Shown here one piece after another: positions 40,859 through 51,468 of a stretch of DNA of 64,000 nt. Within the stretch, counting starts at the first letter, position 1, and each line of letters starts with the position of its first letter. A model generated the notes under the pieces. The model did no database searches, had not been told where the DNA came from, and worked only from the letters and a program-made list of their open reading frames with translations. Both the position numbers and the translations under genes were made by a program. The DNA is from an uncultured Bacteroidales bacterium (lineage in GTDB: Bacteria > Bacteroidota > Bacteroidia > Bacteroidales > Paludibacteraceae): contig CALUML010000001.1 of the NCBI GenBank assembly GCA_944321745.1, positions 2,576 through 66,575 on the forward strand, written 5' to 3'.

Positions 40859-41128
40859 TTACCAACTGGCTTTCTTTACGCCAGGGATAAGACCTTGCGA
40901 AGCCATTTCACGGAACTGGATACGCGAAATGCCAAACTGACGCATGTAACCTCTCGGCCGACCGGTCAGCTTACAGCGATTGTGCAGACGCACATACGAG
41001 GCGTTTTTCGGAATAGTCTGAAGTGCCTCATAATTTCCCTCTGCAATGTACTTGGCACGTTTTTCAGCATACTTCGCAACCAGTTTCGCTCTTTTAACCT
41101 CGCGAGCTTTCATTGATTCTTTTGCCAT
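40859..41128 (-). CDS. rpsN: 30S ribosomal protein S14
   Basis: [11 protein letters not shown]...PGVKKASW. Confidence 0.98.
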   Translation of the reverse strand: MAKESMKAREVKRAKLVAKYAEKRAKYIAEGNYEALQTIPKNASYVRLHNRCKLTGRPRGYMRQFGISRIQFREMASQGLIPGVKKASW

Positions 41129-41137
41129 ATTCTTCTC

Positions 41138-41683
41138 TTAATTTTTCTTGAAAGGTAAGCCAAATTCTCTTAACAAAGCGAAGCCTTCTTCATCGGTTTG
41201 GGCTGTTGTCACAAAAGTAATATTCATCCCCAAAATACGCGCAACATTGTCGATGTTTATTTCGGGAAATATAATTTGTTCTTCAATGCCCAAAGTGTAA
41301 TTGCCACGACCGTCCAACTTGTTTTCAATTCCCTTGAAGTCACGAATACGAGGCAAGGCAACACGCACAAGGCGTTCCAAAAATTCATACATCCTGTTGC
41401 CACGCAAGGTTACACACACACCGATCGGCATTTTCTTGCGCAGCTTGAAATTTGAAATATCCTTCTTGGACACCGTGGCCACCGCTTTCTGCCCCGTAAT
41501 GGCAGTCATCTCGTTGATGGCCACTTCGATGATTTTCTTGTCTGCAACAGCGATACCCAATCCTTGATTGAGGACTATTTTCTGAAGTTTTGGCACCTGC
41601 ATCACAGAAGAATAGCCAAATTCCTTCATCAATGCGGGAACAATGCGTTCCACATAATCTTTCTTTAAACTTGCAGTATCCAT
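41138..41683 (-). CDS. rplE: 50S ribosomal protein L5
   Basis: [13 protein letters not shown] and DGRGNY motifs. Confidence 0.98.
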   Translation of the reverse strand: MDTASLKKDYVERIVPALMKEFGYSSVMQVPKLQKIVLNQGLGIAVADKKIIEVAINEMTAITGQKAVATVSKKDISNFKLRKKMPIGVCVTLRGNRMYEFLERLVRVALPRIRDFKGIENKLDGRGNYTLGIEEQIIFPEINIDNVARILGMNITFVTTAQTDEEGFALLREFGLPFKKN

Positions 41684-41684
41684 T

Positions 41685-41996
41685 TTATATTACTTCTCCT
41701 GTTTTTTTTGAAATACGGACTAGCTTTCCTTCCTCATTCCGCTTACGACCCACACGAACCGGTTTCCCGTTTTCAACCAAGTTCAAGTTGGAAATATGGA
41801 TGGACGCTTCTTTCTTGATTATGCCTCCCTGCGGGTGCTTGGCACTGGGTTTGGTGCTCCTCGACACCATGTTGATTCCCTCTACTATGGCACGCCCTTT
41901 CTTAACTTCTACAGCCAATACACGGCCAGTCTTGCCTTTGTCGTCGCCTGCGTTTACGTAGACGGTATCACCCTTTTTAATATGCAACTTACTCAT
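41685..41996 (-). CDS. rplX: 50S ribosomal protein L24
   Basis: KKGDTV...GDDKGK and EASIHISN motifs. Confidence 0.98.
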   Translation of the reverse strand: MSKLHIKKGDTVYVNAGDDKGKTGRVLAVEVKKGRAIVEGINMVSRSTKPSAKHPQGGIIKKEASIHISNLNLVENGKPVRVGRKRNEEGKLVRISKKTGEVI

Positions 41997-42014
41997 TACG
42001 CTATTTTTTGAGAG

Positions 42015-42380
42015 TTAAAGTACTTCCGGTGCTAACGATATGATTTTCATATTGGTGGCACGCAATTCACGGGCAATCGGACCGAAGATGCGGCTGCCGC
42101 GAATTTCACCTGCGTTGTTCAGCAACACACATGCGTTATCATCGAAACGGATGTAAGAGCCATCGGCGCGGCGTATTTCCTTCTTGGTACGAACCACAAC
42201 CGCTTTCGACACGATGCCTTTTTTGATATCGCTCGAAGGGATTACACTCTTCACCGCTACAACAATAATGTCGCCTACTGTTGCATAACGCTTACCCGTG
42301 CCTCCAAGCACCCGGATGCAAAGAGCTTCCTTTGCACCGCTGTTATCTGCCACTACCAGCCTTGATTCTTGTTGTATCAT
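42015..42380 (-). CDS. rplN: 50S ribosomal protein L14
   Basis: VADNSGAK and FDDNACV motifs. Confidence 0.98.
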   Translation of the reverse strand: MIQQESRLVVADNSGAKEALCIRVLGGTGKRYATVGDIIVVAVKSVIPSSDIKKGIVSKAVVVRTKKEIRRADGSYIRFDDNACVLLNNAGEIRGSRIFGPIARELRATNMKIISLAPEVL

Positions 42381-42381
42381 A

Positions 42382-42639
42382 TTATTTAGCTCTTTCGATT
42401 ATTTCTGTTAATCTCCATCTTTTCGTTTTACTCAAGGGACGAGTTTCCATGATGCGTACCGTATCACCGATATTGCATTCATTTTTTTCGTCATGAGCAT
42501 GATATTTTTTCGTCTTGTTCACGAACTTTCCGTAAATGGGGTGTTTTTCTTTCCATTTTACCACAACCGTAATGGTTTTATCCATTTTATTGCTGTAAAC
42601 GACACCCGTTCTCTCTTTTCTTAAATTTCTTGTTTCCAT
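42382..42639 (-). CDS. rpsQ: 30S ribosomal protein S17
   Basis: KMDKTITV and [11 protein letters not shown] motifs. Confidence 0.98.
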   Translation of the reverse strand: METRNLRKERTGVVYSNKMDKTITVVVKWKEKHPIYGKFVNKTKKYHAHDEKNECNIGDTVRIMETRPLSKTKRWRLTEIIERAK

Positions 42640-42651
42640 CAGGCCCTAACT

Positions 42652-42846
42652 TTACTTGTTTATTTCTCTCTGACGTAACTCCGTAGCCATGCGCGCAATG
42701 TCCCGGCGTGTTTCCTTGATCTGCATCGGGTTGTCCAGCGGGGAGATAGCATGATTCATCTTCAAACGTTCTAATAACTCTTTTTGAGCATTCATTCTTT
42801 CCGTCAATTCCTTTACGGAAAGTTCCTTTATTTCTGTCGATTTCAT
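42652..42846 (-). CDS. rpmC: 50S ribosomal protein L29
   Basis: Operon position plus 'NPMQIKETRRDIAR'. Confidence 0.95.
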   Translation of the reverse strand: MKSTEIKELSVKELTERMNAQKELLERLKMNHAISPLDNPMQIKETRRDIARMATELRQREINK

Positions 42847-42861
42847 ATCTCTTAATTGTTA

Positions 42862-43290
42862 TTAGTTAGTTGTTCCATCATAATCATGTCTCACTACGAA
42901 CTTGGTAGACACCGGCAACTTTTGCGCAGCCAAGCGCAAGGCTTCCTTGGCCACATCGAACGGTACACCTTCCACCTCTATCAAGATGCGACCCGGCGTA
43001 ACGGGAGCCACGAACCCTTCGGGCGAACCTTTCCCTTTACCCATACGTACTTCGGCTGGCTTTTTGGTAATCGGCTTATCCGGGAATATACGAATCCATA
43101 TCTGGCCTTGACGTTGCATATAGCGTGTCACAGCAACACGGGCAGCTTCAATCTGACGTCCGGTCAGCCACTTGGAGTCCAAACATTTGATTCCAAACGA
43201 ACCAAAAGCCAATTGATGACCCCGCTGGGCATTACCTTTCATGCGCCCTTTCTGCTGTCTTCTGAACTTTGTCTTTTTAGGTTGTAACAT
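42862..43290 (-). CDS. rplP: 50S ribosomal protein L16
   Basis: [11 protein letters not shown] and RMGKGKG motifs. Confidence 0.98.
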   Translation of the reverse strand: MLQPKKTKFRRQQKGRMKGNAQRGHQLAFGSFGIKCLDSKWLTGRQIEAARVAVTRYMQRQGQIWIRIFPDKPITKKPAEVRMGKGKGSPEGFVAPVTPGRILIEVEGVPFDVAKEALRLAAQKLPVSTKFVVRHDYDGTTN

Positions 43291-43327
43291 AATTCAATTG
43301 CTTAAATCAAATTGCTTAACAGTCGTA

Positions 43328-44062
43328 CTATTTTCTTCTCTTTCTGAAGCCTTTGCCGGCACCAGCACGGTTGTCATGACGGTCGCCGCCACGCAGGAAA
43401 TCCTTCTGTGCGGTGAACGACGGAGCCAAGTCTTTCTTACCATAGATTTCCCCACGGCAAATCCAAACCTTGACACCGATCAGCCCTACCTTGGTCAACG
43501 CTTCGGCAAGCGCATAATCTATGTCAGCACGGAATGTATGGAGCGGCGTGCGCCCTTCCTTGTACATTTCCGAACGAGCCATTTCGGCACCATTCAGACG
43601 GCCGGACACCTGGACTTTGATGCCTTCAGCCCCCATGCGCATGGTCGAGGCAATCGCCATCTTCACAGCACGACGGTAAGCCATCTTCCCTTCTATCTGG
43701 CGGGCAATATTGTTGGCTACGATCACCGCATCCAATTCGGGGCGCTTGATTTCGAAAATATTGATTTGAATTTCCTTGTCGGTAATTTTCTTCAATTCTT
43801 CTTTCAGCTTGTCCACTTCCTGACCTCCCTTTCCGATGATAATACCGGGGCGAGCCGTGCATACGGTTATGGTCACGAGCTTCAGCGTGCGTTCTATCAC
43901 AATGCGCGATACGCTGGCCTTTGCAAGACGGGCATTCAAATACTTCCTGATTTTGCTATCTTCCAATATGGTCTCGCCATAATTCTTTCCGCCATACCAG
44001 TTAGAATCCCATCCACGGATGATTCCTAAACGGTTACTTATCGGATTTGTTTTCTGTCCCAT
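43328..44062 (-). CDS. rpsC: 30S ribosomal protein S3
   Basis: [16 protein letters not shown] and [10 protein letters not shown] motifs. Confidence 0.98.
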   Translation of the reverse strand: MGQKTNPISNRLGIIRGWDSNWYGGKNYGETILEDSKIRKYLNARLAKASVSRIVIERTLKLVTITVCTARPGIIIGKGGQEVDKLKEELKKITDKEIQINIFEIKRPELDAVIVANNIARQIEGKMAYRRAVKMAIASTMRMGAEGIKVQVSGRLNGAEMARSEMYKEGRTPLHTFRADIDYALAEALTKVGLIGVKVWICRGEIYGKKDLAPSFTAQKDFLRGGDRHDNRAGAGKGFRKRRK

Positions 44063-44069
44063 CTAACAA

Positions 44070-44486
44070 TTAATTTTGGTTATCGTTATCATTTTTTTTC
44101 TTCGCATCAACGAACAACGTCACGTGATTAGAACGCTTGCGGATTCTATAGCCGCGCCCTTGCGGTGCCGTACGCAACCGTTTCAGCATGGTAGCCGAAT
44201 CTACATAAATGGCACTTACGTACAATTCGGCATCATCTGCACGCTGTTCGGTCTTCTGCTCCCAGTTGGCAATGGCCGAACGCAGCAATTTTTCAAGTTT
44301 GTTGGAAGCTTCCTTCGTCGAAAACTTCAGCACACCCAAGGCCTTGTTCACTTCCATCCCGCGAATCATGTCGGCCACGAGGCGCATTTTCCGAGGAGAA
44401 GTCGGCACGTTATTAAGCTTCGCAAAGTAAAGCGACTTCTTCGCTTCTTTTCTTTGTTCGGCCGATATTCTTTTTCTTACACCCAT
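44070..44486 (-). CDS. rplV: 50S ribosomal protein L22
   Basis: [14 protein letters not shown] motif. Confidence 0.98.
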   Translation of the reverse strand: MGVRKRISAEQRKEAKKSLYFAKLNNVPTSPRKMRLVADMIRGMEVNKALGVLKFSTKEASNKLEKLLRSAIANWEQKTEQRADDAELYVSAIYVDSATMLKRLRTAPQGRGYRIRKRSNHVTLFVDAKKKNDNDNQN

Positions 44487-44523
44487 TTTATCAAAATATT
44501 TTACGGATTAATGTTTCAATGGA

Positions 44524-44790
44524 CTACTTTTTCTTTCCTCCATGTCCACGGAAAATACGGGTAGGTGCAAATTCTCCCAATTTGTGTCCCACCATGTTTT
44601 CCGTCACATACACAGGTATAAATTTGTTTCCATTGTGAACTGCAATTGTGTGACCTACAAAGTCAGGCGAAATCATCGAAGCACGAGCCCATGTCTTTAT
44701 CACGGATTTCTTTCCGCTTTCATTCATCGCCAAGACTTTCTTCTCGAGCTTCAAATTGATATATGGTCCTTTTTTTAATGAACGGCTCAT
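44524..44790 (-). CDS. rpsS: 30S ribosomal protein S19
   Basis: [10 protein letters not shown] and [11 protein letters not shown] motifs. Confidence 0.98.
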   Translation of the reverse strand: MSRSLKKGPYINLKLEKKVLAMNESGKKSVIKTWARASMISPDFVGHTIAVHNGNKFIPVYVTENMVGHKLGEFAPTRIFRGHGGKKK

Positions 44791-44811
44791 ATTATTTACT
44801 TACTATTTCTG

Positions 44812-45636
44812 TTATTTTTTCTTTCTTTCAATAATATACTGGCTCGATTGCTTCTTTGGCGCGCGCGTCTTGTAACCCTTCGCCAACAAGCCCTTGCGAG
44901 AACGAGGATGTCCACCGGAAGCACGGCCTTCGCCACCACCCATCGGGTGATCAACCGGGTTCATGGCAACCCCTCTCACTCTCGGACGACGACCCAACCA
45001 CCGCGAGCGACCCGCCTTACCTGACTTTTCGAGTGCATGGTCAGAATTTCCGACACTCCCTACCGTGGCCTTGCATGCCGCCAAGACCTTACGCACTTCA
45101 CCCGAAGGCAATTTGATAATCGCGTATTTGTCTTCACGCGATGTCAACTGGGCAAAAGTCCCAGCCGAGCGAACCATCGCGGCCCCTTGTCCCGGACGCA
45201 ATTCAATGTTATGAATAATCGTACCCAAGGGGATGTTCTGCATAGGCAGCGCATTTCCAACTTCAGGAGCCACGTCAGCTCCGGAAATCACTTTCTGACC
45301 AACCTGCAATCCGTTCGGTGCAAGGATGTACCTTTTTTCTCCATCGGCATAGAAAAGCAACGCGATACGAGCCGAGCGGTTCGGGTCGTACTCGATTGTC
45401 TTCACTGTAGCCGGCACACCATCTTTGTTGCGCTTGAAGTCAATTACTCTGTATTTTCTCTTGTGTCCGCCACCGATGTGACGTGCGGTCATTTTCCCGG
45501 AATGGTTGCGACCACCCGTTTTGCTCTTCCCGAAAACAAGAGATTTTTCTGGCGCACTCGCAGTAATTGTTTCGAATGAGCCAATAATCCTGTGTCTCTG
45601 CCCCGGCGTTGTGGGCTTTAATTTACGTACAGCCAT
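44812..45636 (-). CDS. rplB: 50S ribosomal protein L2
   Basis: EYDPNRSA and [18 protein letters not shown] motifs. Confidence 0.98.
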   Translation of the reverse strand: MAVRKLKPTTPGQRHRIIGSFETITASAPEKSLVFGKSKTGGRNHSGKMTARHIGGGHKRKYRVIDFKRNKDGVPATVKTIEYDPNRSARIALLFYADGEKRYILAPNGLQVGQKVISGADVAPEVGNALPMQNIPLGTIIHNIELRPGQGAAMVRSAGTFAQLTSREDKYAIIKLPSGEVRKVLAACKATVGSVGNSDHALEKSGKAGRSRWLGRRPRVRGVAMNPVDHPMGGGEGRASGGHPRSRKGLLAKGYKTRAPKKQSSQYIIERKKK

Positions 45637-45710
45637 TTATCCTATTATTTAATCATTCGGGAGAAAAAGGGGAAAGCTGTCAACAGCTTTTTCCCTTCCC
45701 GACTATCTGT

Positions 45711-46001
45711 TTAGATGTTGCTATAAAAATCAATCTGTTCTCCTTTCTTCAGGGTCACAATCGCTTTCTTGTAAGCAGCGGCCCGTCCTTCGACCACGCC
45801 CGACTTGGTATAACGGGTTTTCGTCTTCGGACACACAACCATGGTGTTCACGGAAGTCACCGTCACATTGTACATGGCTTCCACTGCCTTCTTTATTTCC
45901 ACCTTATTGGCATCCCGTTGAACCCTAAAGCCGTAACGGTTGAGTTTATCACCCAATCTTGTCATTTTCTCCGTTACTATCGGTTTTATGATAATTTCCA
46001 T
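45711..46001 (-). CDS. rplW: 50S ribosomal protein L23
   Basis: PIVTEK, ANKVEIK and KKAIVTL motifs. Confidence 0.97.
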   Translation of the reverse strand: MEIIIKPIVTEKMTRLGDKLNRYGFRVQRDANKVEIKKAVEAMYNVTVTSVNTMVVCPKTKTRYTKSGVVEGRAAAYKKAIVTLKKGEQIDFYSNI

Positions 46002-46014
46002 CTGTCTCTACCTC

Positions 46015-46650
46015 CTATGCTTTAAATAATTGTTCAATCACAGATACCGAATCTTCGCTCAACACCAGCGATTTTGCATCCAGCAATTCGTAAGTGTTTA
46101 TATTCGAAGCAATTGAAACTCTCACTTTGGGAAGATTACGAGCCGACAAATATACATTTTTATTTGCTTCCGGCAAAACAAAAAGCACCTTTTTATCAGC
46201 CACTTGCAAGTTTTTCGTCAAAGCCACGAAATCCTTTGTCTTGGGTGCTTCGAATGCCGCTGCGACATTTTCTACGACCACGATGGCATTTTCTTTCGCT
46301 TTGTAAGTAAGAGCCGACTTGCGGGCCAGTTGTTTTACCTTCTTATTCAGCTTGAAGCTGTAATCGCGCGGCACCGGACCGAACACACGACCACCACCCA
46401 CACGAACCGGTGAGTTGATGTCGCCGGGACGGGCACCGCCCCCCCCTTTTTGACGGCCTAACTTACGCGTACTGCCTGACACTTCGCTACGAGCTTTCGC
46501 CTTGTGAGTACCTTGACGACGATTAGCCAAATATTGCTTCACATCCAAATAAATAGCATGGTCATTTGGCTCAATACCGAACACCGCATCACTCAGTGAC
46601 ACTTTTCTACCGGTGTCTTTTCCTTTGATGTCTAAAACTGATAATTCCAT
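46015..46650 (-). CDS. rplD: 50S ribosomal protein L4
   Basis: [12 protein letters not shown] and GGGRVFGP motifs. Confidence 0.98.
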   Translation of the reverse strand: MELSVLDIKGKDTGRKVSLSDAVFGIEPNDHAIYLDVKQYLANRRQGTHKAKARSEVSGSTRKLGRQKGGGGARPGDINSPVRVGGGRVFGPVPRDYSFKLNKKVKQLARKSALTYKAKENAIVVVENVAAAFEAPKTKDFVALTKNLQVADKKVLFVLPEANKNVYLSARNLPKVRVSIASNINTYELLDAKSLVLSEDSVSVIEQLFKA

Positions 46651-46652
46651 GA

Positions 46653-47273
46653 TTATTTATTGATGTAAACGATTGAATTTTTTGCTCCCGGCACCGAACC
46701 CTTCAGCAACAAAAGGTTGTGTTCCGGAATAACCTTTAATATCTGCAAGTTCTGCACCGTCACACGGTCACCGCCCATGCGTCCGGCCATGCGCATCCCC
46801 TTGAACACACGCGAAGGGAACGAAGACGCACCAACAGAACCCGGTGCACGCAAGCGGTTGTGCTGACCGTGGGTAGACTGACCTACCCCACCGAAACCAT
46901 GGCGTTTTACCACGCCCTGGAAACCTTTACCCTTGGATGTACCCACGACATCCACGAAAGTGTCCGCTTCGAACAGCATGTCGACAGTCAACTTGTCGCC
47001 CACTTTCAAGTCCTGTTCAAAGTCTTTGAACTCAACCAAGTGTCTCTGCGGGGCTACTCCGGCCTTCTTGAAATGTCCGGCTTCCGGCTTGTTCGTGTGC
47101 TTTTCAGTCTTTTCCTGAAAGCCCAACTGAACAGCTGCATAGCCGTCCGTTTCTACGGTCTTGATTTGAGTAACCACACAAGGACCTGTTTCGATAACAG
47201 TGCATGGCAGATTTTTACCATCGGCACTGAAAACGGAAGTCATTCCGATTTTTTTTCCAATCAATCCTGGCAT
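46653..47273 (-). CDS. rplC: 50S ribosomal protein L3
   Basis: GKKIGMT and [12 protein letters not shown] motifs. Confidence 0.98.
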   Translation of the reverse strand: MPGLIGKKIGMTSVFSADGKNLPCTVIETGPCVVTQIKTVETDGYAAVQLGFQEKTEKHTNKPEAGHFKKAGVAPQRHLVEFKDFEQDLKVGDKLTVDMLFEADTFVDVVGTSKGKGFQGVVKRHGFGGVGQSTHGQHNRLRAPGSVGASSFPSRVFKGMRMAGRMGGDRVTVQNLQILKVIPEHNLLLLKGSVPGAKNSIVYINK

Positions 47274-47380
47274 TTCAAATAATTATTATACCTCCAGCCG
47301 CCCGGGCTTCAAGAGGTGTTGTTTACAGATTTCTATCAATTAACGTTTTCTTCGCGGCGCACAGCCAAACAGACCTGTCA

Positions 47381-47686
47381 TCACACCTTGATTTCCACTT
47401 CCACGCCGCTCGGCAATTCCAGCTTCATCAATGCATCAACCGTCTTGCTCGTCGAGCTGTAGATGTCGATCAGACGCTTGTAGGATGACAGTTCGAATTG
47501 TTCGCGCGACTTCTTGTTCACGAAAGTCGAACGGTTCACCGTGAAAATACGCTTGTGCGTAGGCAACGGTATCGGGCCGCTGACCACGGCACCCGTGCTT
47601 TTTACCGTCTTCACAATCTTCTCGGCCGACTTGTCGACCAAGTTGTGATCGTAGGATTTCAGTTTGATTCTGATTTTTTGACTCAT
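47381..47686 (-). CDS. rpsJ: 30S ribosomal protein S10
   Basis: [10 protein letters not shown] and GPIPLPT motifs. Confidence 0.98.
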   Translation of the reverse strand: MSQKIRIKLKSYDHNLVDKSAEKIVKTVKSTGAVVSGPIPLPTHKRIFTVNRSTFVNKKSREQFELSSYKRLIDIYSSTSKTVDALMKLELPSGVEVEIKV

Positions 47687-47721
47687 TCCTTTTAAAATTA
47701 CAATTATTCAAATTATGATGG

Positions 47722-47766
47722 AAACGCTCCCGGTTAAGAGTCATTCGCTAACCGGGAACGTTTTTT
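47722..47766. other. Hairpin between fusA and rpsJ
   Basis: AAACGCTCCCGGTTA...TAACCGGGAACGTTT; may be a terminator or a stability hairpin. Confidence 0.55.
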
Positions 47767-47770
47767 CCTC

Positions 47771-49888
47771 TTACAGCAATTCTACCCGTCCCTTGGCTTC
47801 GGCAACCACTTCCTTGGCGATGGCCGTGGACACTTCCGCATAGTGCGAGAATTCCATGGACGAAGTGGCACGACCCGAAGTAATCGTACGCAAAGCCGTC
47901 ACATAGCCGAATGTTTCCGCCAAAGGCACTTTGGCCTTCACGATGCGGGCACCGGTGCGGCTGGTTTCCATGCCTTCCACCTGGCCGCGACGTTTGTTCA
48001 AGTCACCTATCACGTCGCCCATGCTTTCTTCCGGGGTCACCACTTCCAATTTCATAATCGGTTCCAGCAACACCGGCTTGGCCTTGGCGCAAGCCGTCTT
48101 GAACGCCAGCTGGGCGCAGATTTCAAACGACAACTGGTCGGAGTCCACCGGGTGGAACGAGCCGTCGAGCAGCGTCACTTTCAGCTTGTCTACCGGGAAA
48201 CCGGCCAGCACGCCGTTGCGCATGGCCATCTGGAAGCCCTTCTGTACCGACGGAATATATTCCTTGGGCACGTTGCCACCCTTCACCACATCGACAAACT
48301 GCAAGCTACCTTCGAAGTCGGCATCAGCCGGTTCCACGCGCACGATGATGTCGGCAAATTTACCACGACCACCCGTCTGCTTCTTGTACACTTCGCGTAT
48401 TTCGACAGGCTGCGTGATGGCTTCGCGGTAAGACACCTGCGGACGACCCTGGTTGCACTCTACCTTGAACTCGCGTTTCAGACGGTCGATGATGATTTCC
48501 AAGTGAAGTTCGCCCATACCGCTGATGACGGTCTGCCCCGTCTGTTCGTCGGTGCGCACCGTAAAGGTCGGGTCTTCTTCCGCCAGCTTGGCCAGGCCGA
48601 TACCCAACTTGTCCAAATCCTTCTGCGTCTTGGGTTCTACCGTGATGCCGATTACCGGATCGGGGAAGTCCATCGCTTCCAGCACAATCGGGTTGTTTTC
48701 ATCGCACAAGGTATCACCCGTGCGGATGTCCTTGAAGCCTACACCCGCGCCGATATCGCCCGCGCTGATGCAATCCACCGGGTTCTGCTTGTTCGAGTGC
48801 ATCTGGAAGATACGCGAAATGCGTTCCTTCTTGCCCGAACGGGGATTGTACACATACGAACCCGCGTCCAGCTTGCCGGAATACACGCGGAAGAAGCACA
48901 AACGGCCCACATACGGGTCGGTCGCTATCTTGAAAGCCAAGGCGCACAAGGGTTCCGTTTCCACCGGGTGACGCACCACTTCCTTTTCTTCGTCGCGCGG
49001 GTCTTTTCCCTTGATTTCCGGCGTGTCGAGCGGGCTGGGCAAATAGGCGCACACGGCATCCAGCATCGTCTGCACCCCTTTGTTCTTAAACGAGGAACCG
49101 CAAATCATCGGGTAGATTTCCATCTTCAACGTAGCCGTGCGGATAGCCCGTTTCAGTTCCTCTTCCGTGATGGTCGAGGGGTCGTCGAAGAATTTTTCCA
49201 TCACCACGTCATCGTGCTCGGCCACCGTTTCTATCATCTTGTCGCGCCATTCCTGTGCTTCAGCTACAAGGTCGGCGGGGATTTCTTCCACGCTGTATTC
49301 CGCGCCCATCGTTTCATCGTGCCAGAAGATGGCTTTCATCTTCACCAAGTCCACCACGCCTTTGAAGTTCTCTTCCGCACCGATGGGAATTTGTATCGGG
49401 CAAGGGGTAGCACCCAGCACGTCGCGCACCTGGCGCACCACTTCGAAGAAGTCGGCACCCGAGCGGTCCATCTTGTTCACATAGCCAATACGCGGCACGT
49501 TGTACTTGTCGGCCTGGCGCCACACGGTTTCCGACTGCGGCTCCACACCACCCACGGCGCAGAACGCAGCCACCGCCCCGTCGAGGATGCGCAGCGAACG
49601 TTCCACTTCCACCGTGAAGTCCACGTGCCCCGGGGTGTCGATCAAGTTGATCTTATACTTATTGTCCTGATACTTCCAATAAGTAGTAGTCGCCGCCGAG
49701 GTAATCGTGATGCCACGTTCCTGTTCCTGCTCCATCCAGTCCATTGTGGCGGCACCGTCGTGCACCTCGCCAATCTTATGGGTCAAACCGGTATAGAACA
49801 AAATACGCTCGGAAGTCGTCGTCTTCCCCGCATCGATATGCGCCATGATACCGATGTTGCGCGTATATTTCAAATCAGCTTTTGCCAT
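47771..49888 (-). CDS. fusA: Elongation factor G
   Basis: [19 protein letters not shown] and NKMD motifs; str operon position. Confidence 0.98.
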   Translation of the reverse strand: MAKADLKYTRNIGIMAHIDAGKTTTSERILFYTGLTHKIGEVHDGAATMDWMEQEQERGITITSAATTTYWKYQDNKYKINLIDTPGHVDFTVEVERSLRILDGAVAAFCAVGGVEPQSETVWRQADKYNVPRIGYVNKMDRSGADFFEVVRQVRDVLGATPCPIQIPIGAEENFKGVVDLVKMKAIFWHDETMGAEYSVEEIPADLVAEAQEWRDKMIETVAEHDDVVMEKFFDDPSTITEEELKRAIRTATLKMEIYPMICGSSFKNKGVQTMLDAVCAYLPSPLDTPEIKGKDPRDEEKEVVRHPVETEPLCALAFKIATDPYVGRLCFFRVYSGKLDAGSYVYNPRSGKKERISRIFQMHSNKQNPVDCISAGDIGAGVGFKDIRTGDTLCDENNPIVLEAMDFPDPVIGITVEPKTQKDLDKLGIGLAKLAEEDPTFTVRTDEQTGQTVISGMGELHLEIIIDRLKREFKVECNQGRPQVSYREAITQPVEIREVYKKQTGGRGKFADIIVRVEPADADFEGSLQFVDVVKGGNVPKEYIPSVQKGFQMAMRNGVLAGFPVDKLKVTLLDGSFHPVDSDQLSFEICAQLAFKTACAKAKPVLLEPIMKLEVVTPEESMGDVIGDLNKRRGQVEGMETSRTGARIVKAKVPLAETFGYVTALRTITSGRATSSMEFSHYAEVSTAIAKEVVAEAKGRVELL

Positions 49889-49917
49889 TTAACGTATATC
49901 CTTTCTTGCTTAGTGAA

Positions 49918-50394
49918 TTAAAATTTAAAATACGCGAATGCACGGTTAGCTTCCGCCATGCGGTGCATGTCTTCCTTGCGCTTGAAGGCACCGCCTTGGT
50001 TGTTGTATGCATCTACGATTTCTGCGGCCAGCTTTTCGGCCATGGAACGTCCGCCGCGTTTGCGTGCGTACGTGATAAGATTTTTCATTGAGATGGATTC
50101 CTTCCTGTCAGGACGGATTTCGGTGGGGACTTGGAAGGTTGCGCCACCGATACGGCGCGATTTCACCTCTACCAACGGGGTGATGTTCTCGAGGGATTTC
50201 TTCCAAATTTCGAGGGGGGTCTTTTCTTCGTTGGGCAACTTGTTCTTCACAATATCCAGCGAAGAGTAAAAAATATCGAAAGCAATCGATTTCTTGCCAT
50301 CATACATCAAATGGTTCACGAACTTGGTAACCATCGACTCGTTAAAAACCGGGTCCGGCAAAATAACCCTTTTTTTCGGTTTTGCTTTTCTCAT
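49918..50394 (-). CDS. rpsG: 30S ribosomal protein S7
   Basis: [11 protein letters not shown] and [10 protein letters not shown] motifs. Confidence 0.98.
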   Translation of the reverse strand: MRKAKPKKRVILPDPVFNESMVTKFVNHLMYDGKKSIAFDIFYSSLDIVKNKLPNEEKTPLEIWKKSLENITPLVEVKSRRIGGATFQVPTEIRPDRKESISMKNLITYARKRGGRSMAEKLAAEIVDAYNNQGGAFKRKEDMHRMAEANRAFAYFKF

Positions 50395-50543
50395 TTTTCT
50401 AAAATTTCAGTTTTTGTTTGGTTGCTTTTAAGTCTGCTTCAACGGCTCCACCGAGCCATTTACTCAACCCTCATCAGGCACCTAAACTCAAACAAGTTTG
50501 TTTTGACTTGAATTGTAATCTGTTGTCAGGCCAAGGCACGGAT

Positions 50544-50951
50544 TTATTTCTTCTTGGCCGGAGCAGCGGCAGTCTTGCCCGCTTTCGGACGCTTGGCACC
50601 GTACTTCGAGCGGCGTTGCAGACGACCGTTCACACCGGCCGTGTCCAACGTGCCACGCACGATGTGGTAACGCACACCCGGAAGATCCTTCACACGACCG
50701 CCACGCACCATCACGATGGAGTGTTCCTGCAGGTTGTGTCCTTCGCCCGGGATGTAAGCATTCACTTCCTTCTGGTTGGTCAACTTCACACGGGCAACCT
50801 TGCGCATGGCCGAGTTCGGCTTCTTCGGGGTCGTCGTGTACACGCGCAGGCAAACGCCGCGACGCTGCGGGCAAGAATCCAACGAGGGAGACTTACTCTT
50901 GCTGACAAGCTCTGCTCTTCCTTTTCTAACTAATTGTTGAATTGTAGGCAT
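50544..50951 (-). CDS. rpsL: 30S ribosomal protein S12
   Basis: [10 protein letters not shown] and [10 protein letters not shown] motifs. Confidence 0.98.
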   Translation of the reverse strand: MPTIQQLVRKGRAELVSKSKSPSLDSCPQRRGVCLRVYTTTPKKPNSAMRKVARVKLTNQKEVNAYIPGEGHNLQEHSIVMVRGGRVKDLPGVRYHIVRGTLDTAGVNGRLQRRSKYGAKRPKAGKTAAAPAKKK

Positions 50952-51017
50952 TTTCTAATCTTGTTTATACTTAATTACTTTATTTACATTCCACTTCAGA
51001 TTATCCAAAATGGCTTG

Positions 51018-51025
51018 CAAAGATA
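51018..51025 (-). promoter_or_regulatory. -7 promoter element (TATCTTTG) of the ribosomal superoperon
   Basis: TAnnTTTG about 67 nt upstream of rpsL. Confidence 0.7.
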
Positions 51026-51072
51026 GATGTTTTTTTTTTATTGGCAATGAATCAAGCGAAAATATTTATTCC

Positions 51073-51428
51073 AATGAACAATGAGCAATAAACAATGAAC
51101 AATGGACAACGCAATTTAATTGAAAATGGATAATTGAAAATTGGAAACGCACGGACGATACGACCAAGGCCAAAGGCCTTGCAGCATTCAGCGTAGGGCA
51201 ACGCCCTACGGGGGCAGGGTACGTCCGCCCGTGCGTTGTTCATCGTGCGTTGTTCATTGCACGTAGGGCGTTGCCCTACGCTGAACGCCACAAGGCCTTT
51301 GGCCTTGACCGTGCCGACCGCGCATTGTTCATTGTTCATTGTTCATTATCCATTAAATAAACCACGGAGACACAGAGGCACAGAGGGATGTTACCCATCG
51401 ACTCTGTCTCTCCGCGTCTCCGTGGTTT
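51073..51428. repeat. Nested inverted composite: AATGAAC heptamers, REP (51165-51210), inverted REP (51262-51307), GTTCATT heptamers, then a CACGGAG/CACAGAG nonamer hairpin (51359-51428)
   Basis: Read directly from the sequence. Confidence 0.9.
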
Positions 51429-51468
51429 ATTCTATATTATTATATGTATGCCTGCGGCAAGGGGCAGG

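Noticed and set aside
47771-49888. Ribosomal protection protein (TetQ-like)
   Set aside because: Canonical EF-G sequence in the str operon.
50544-50951. Streptomycin-resistance allele of rpsL
   Set aside because: The PKKPNS and RVKDLPG motifs are wild type.
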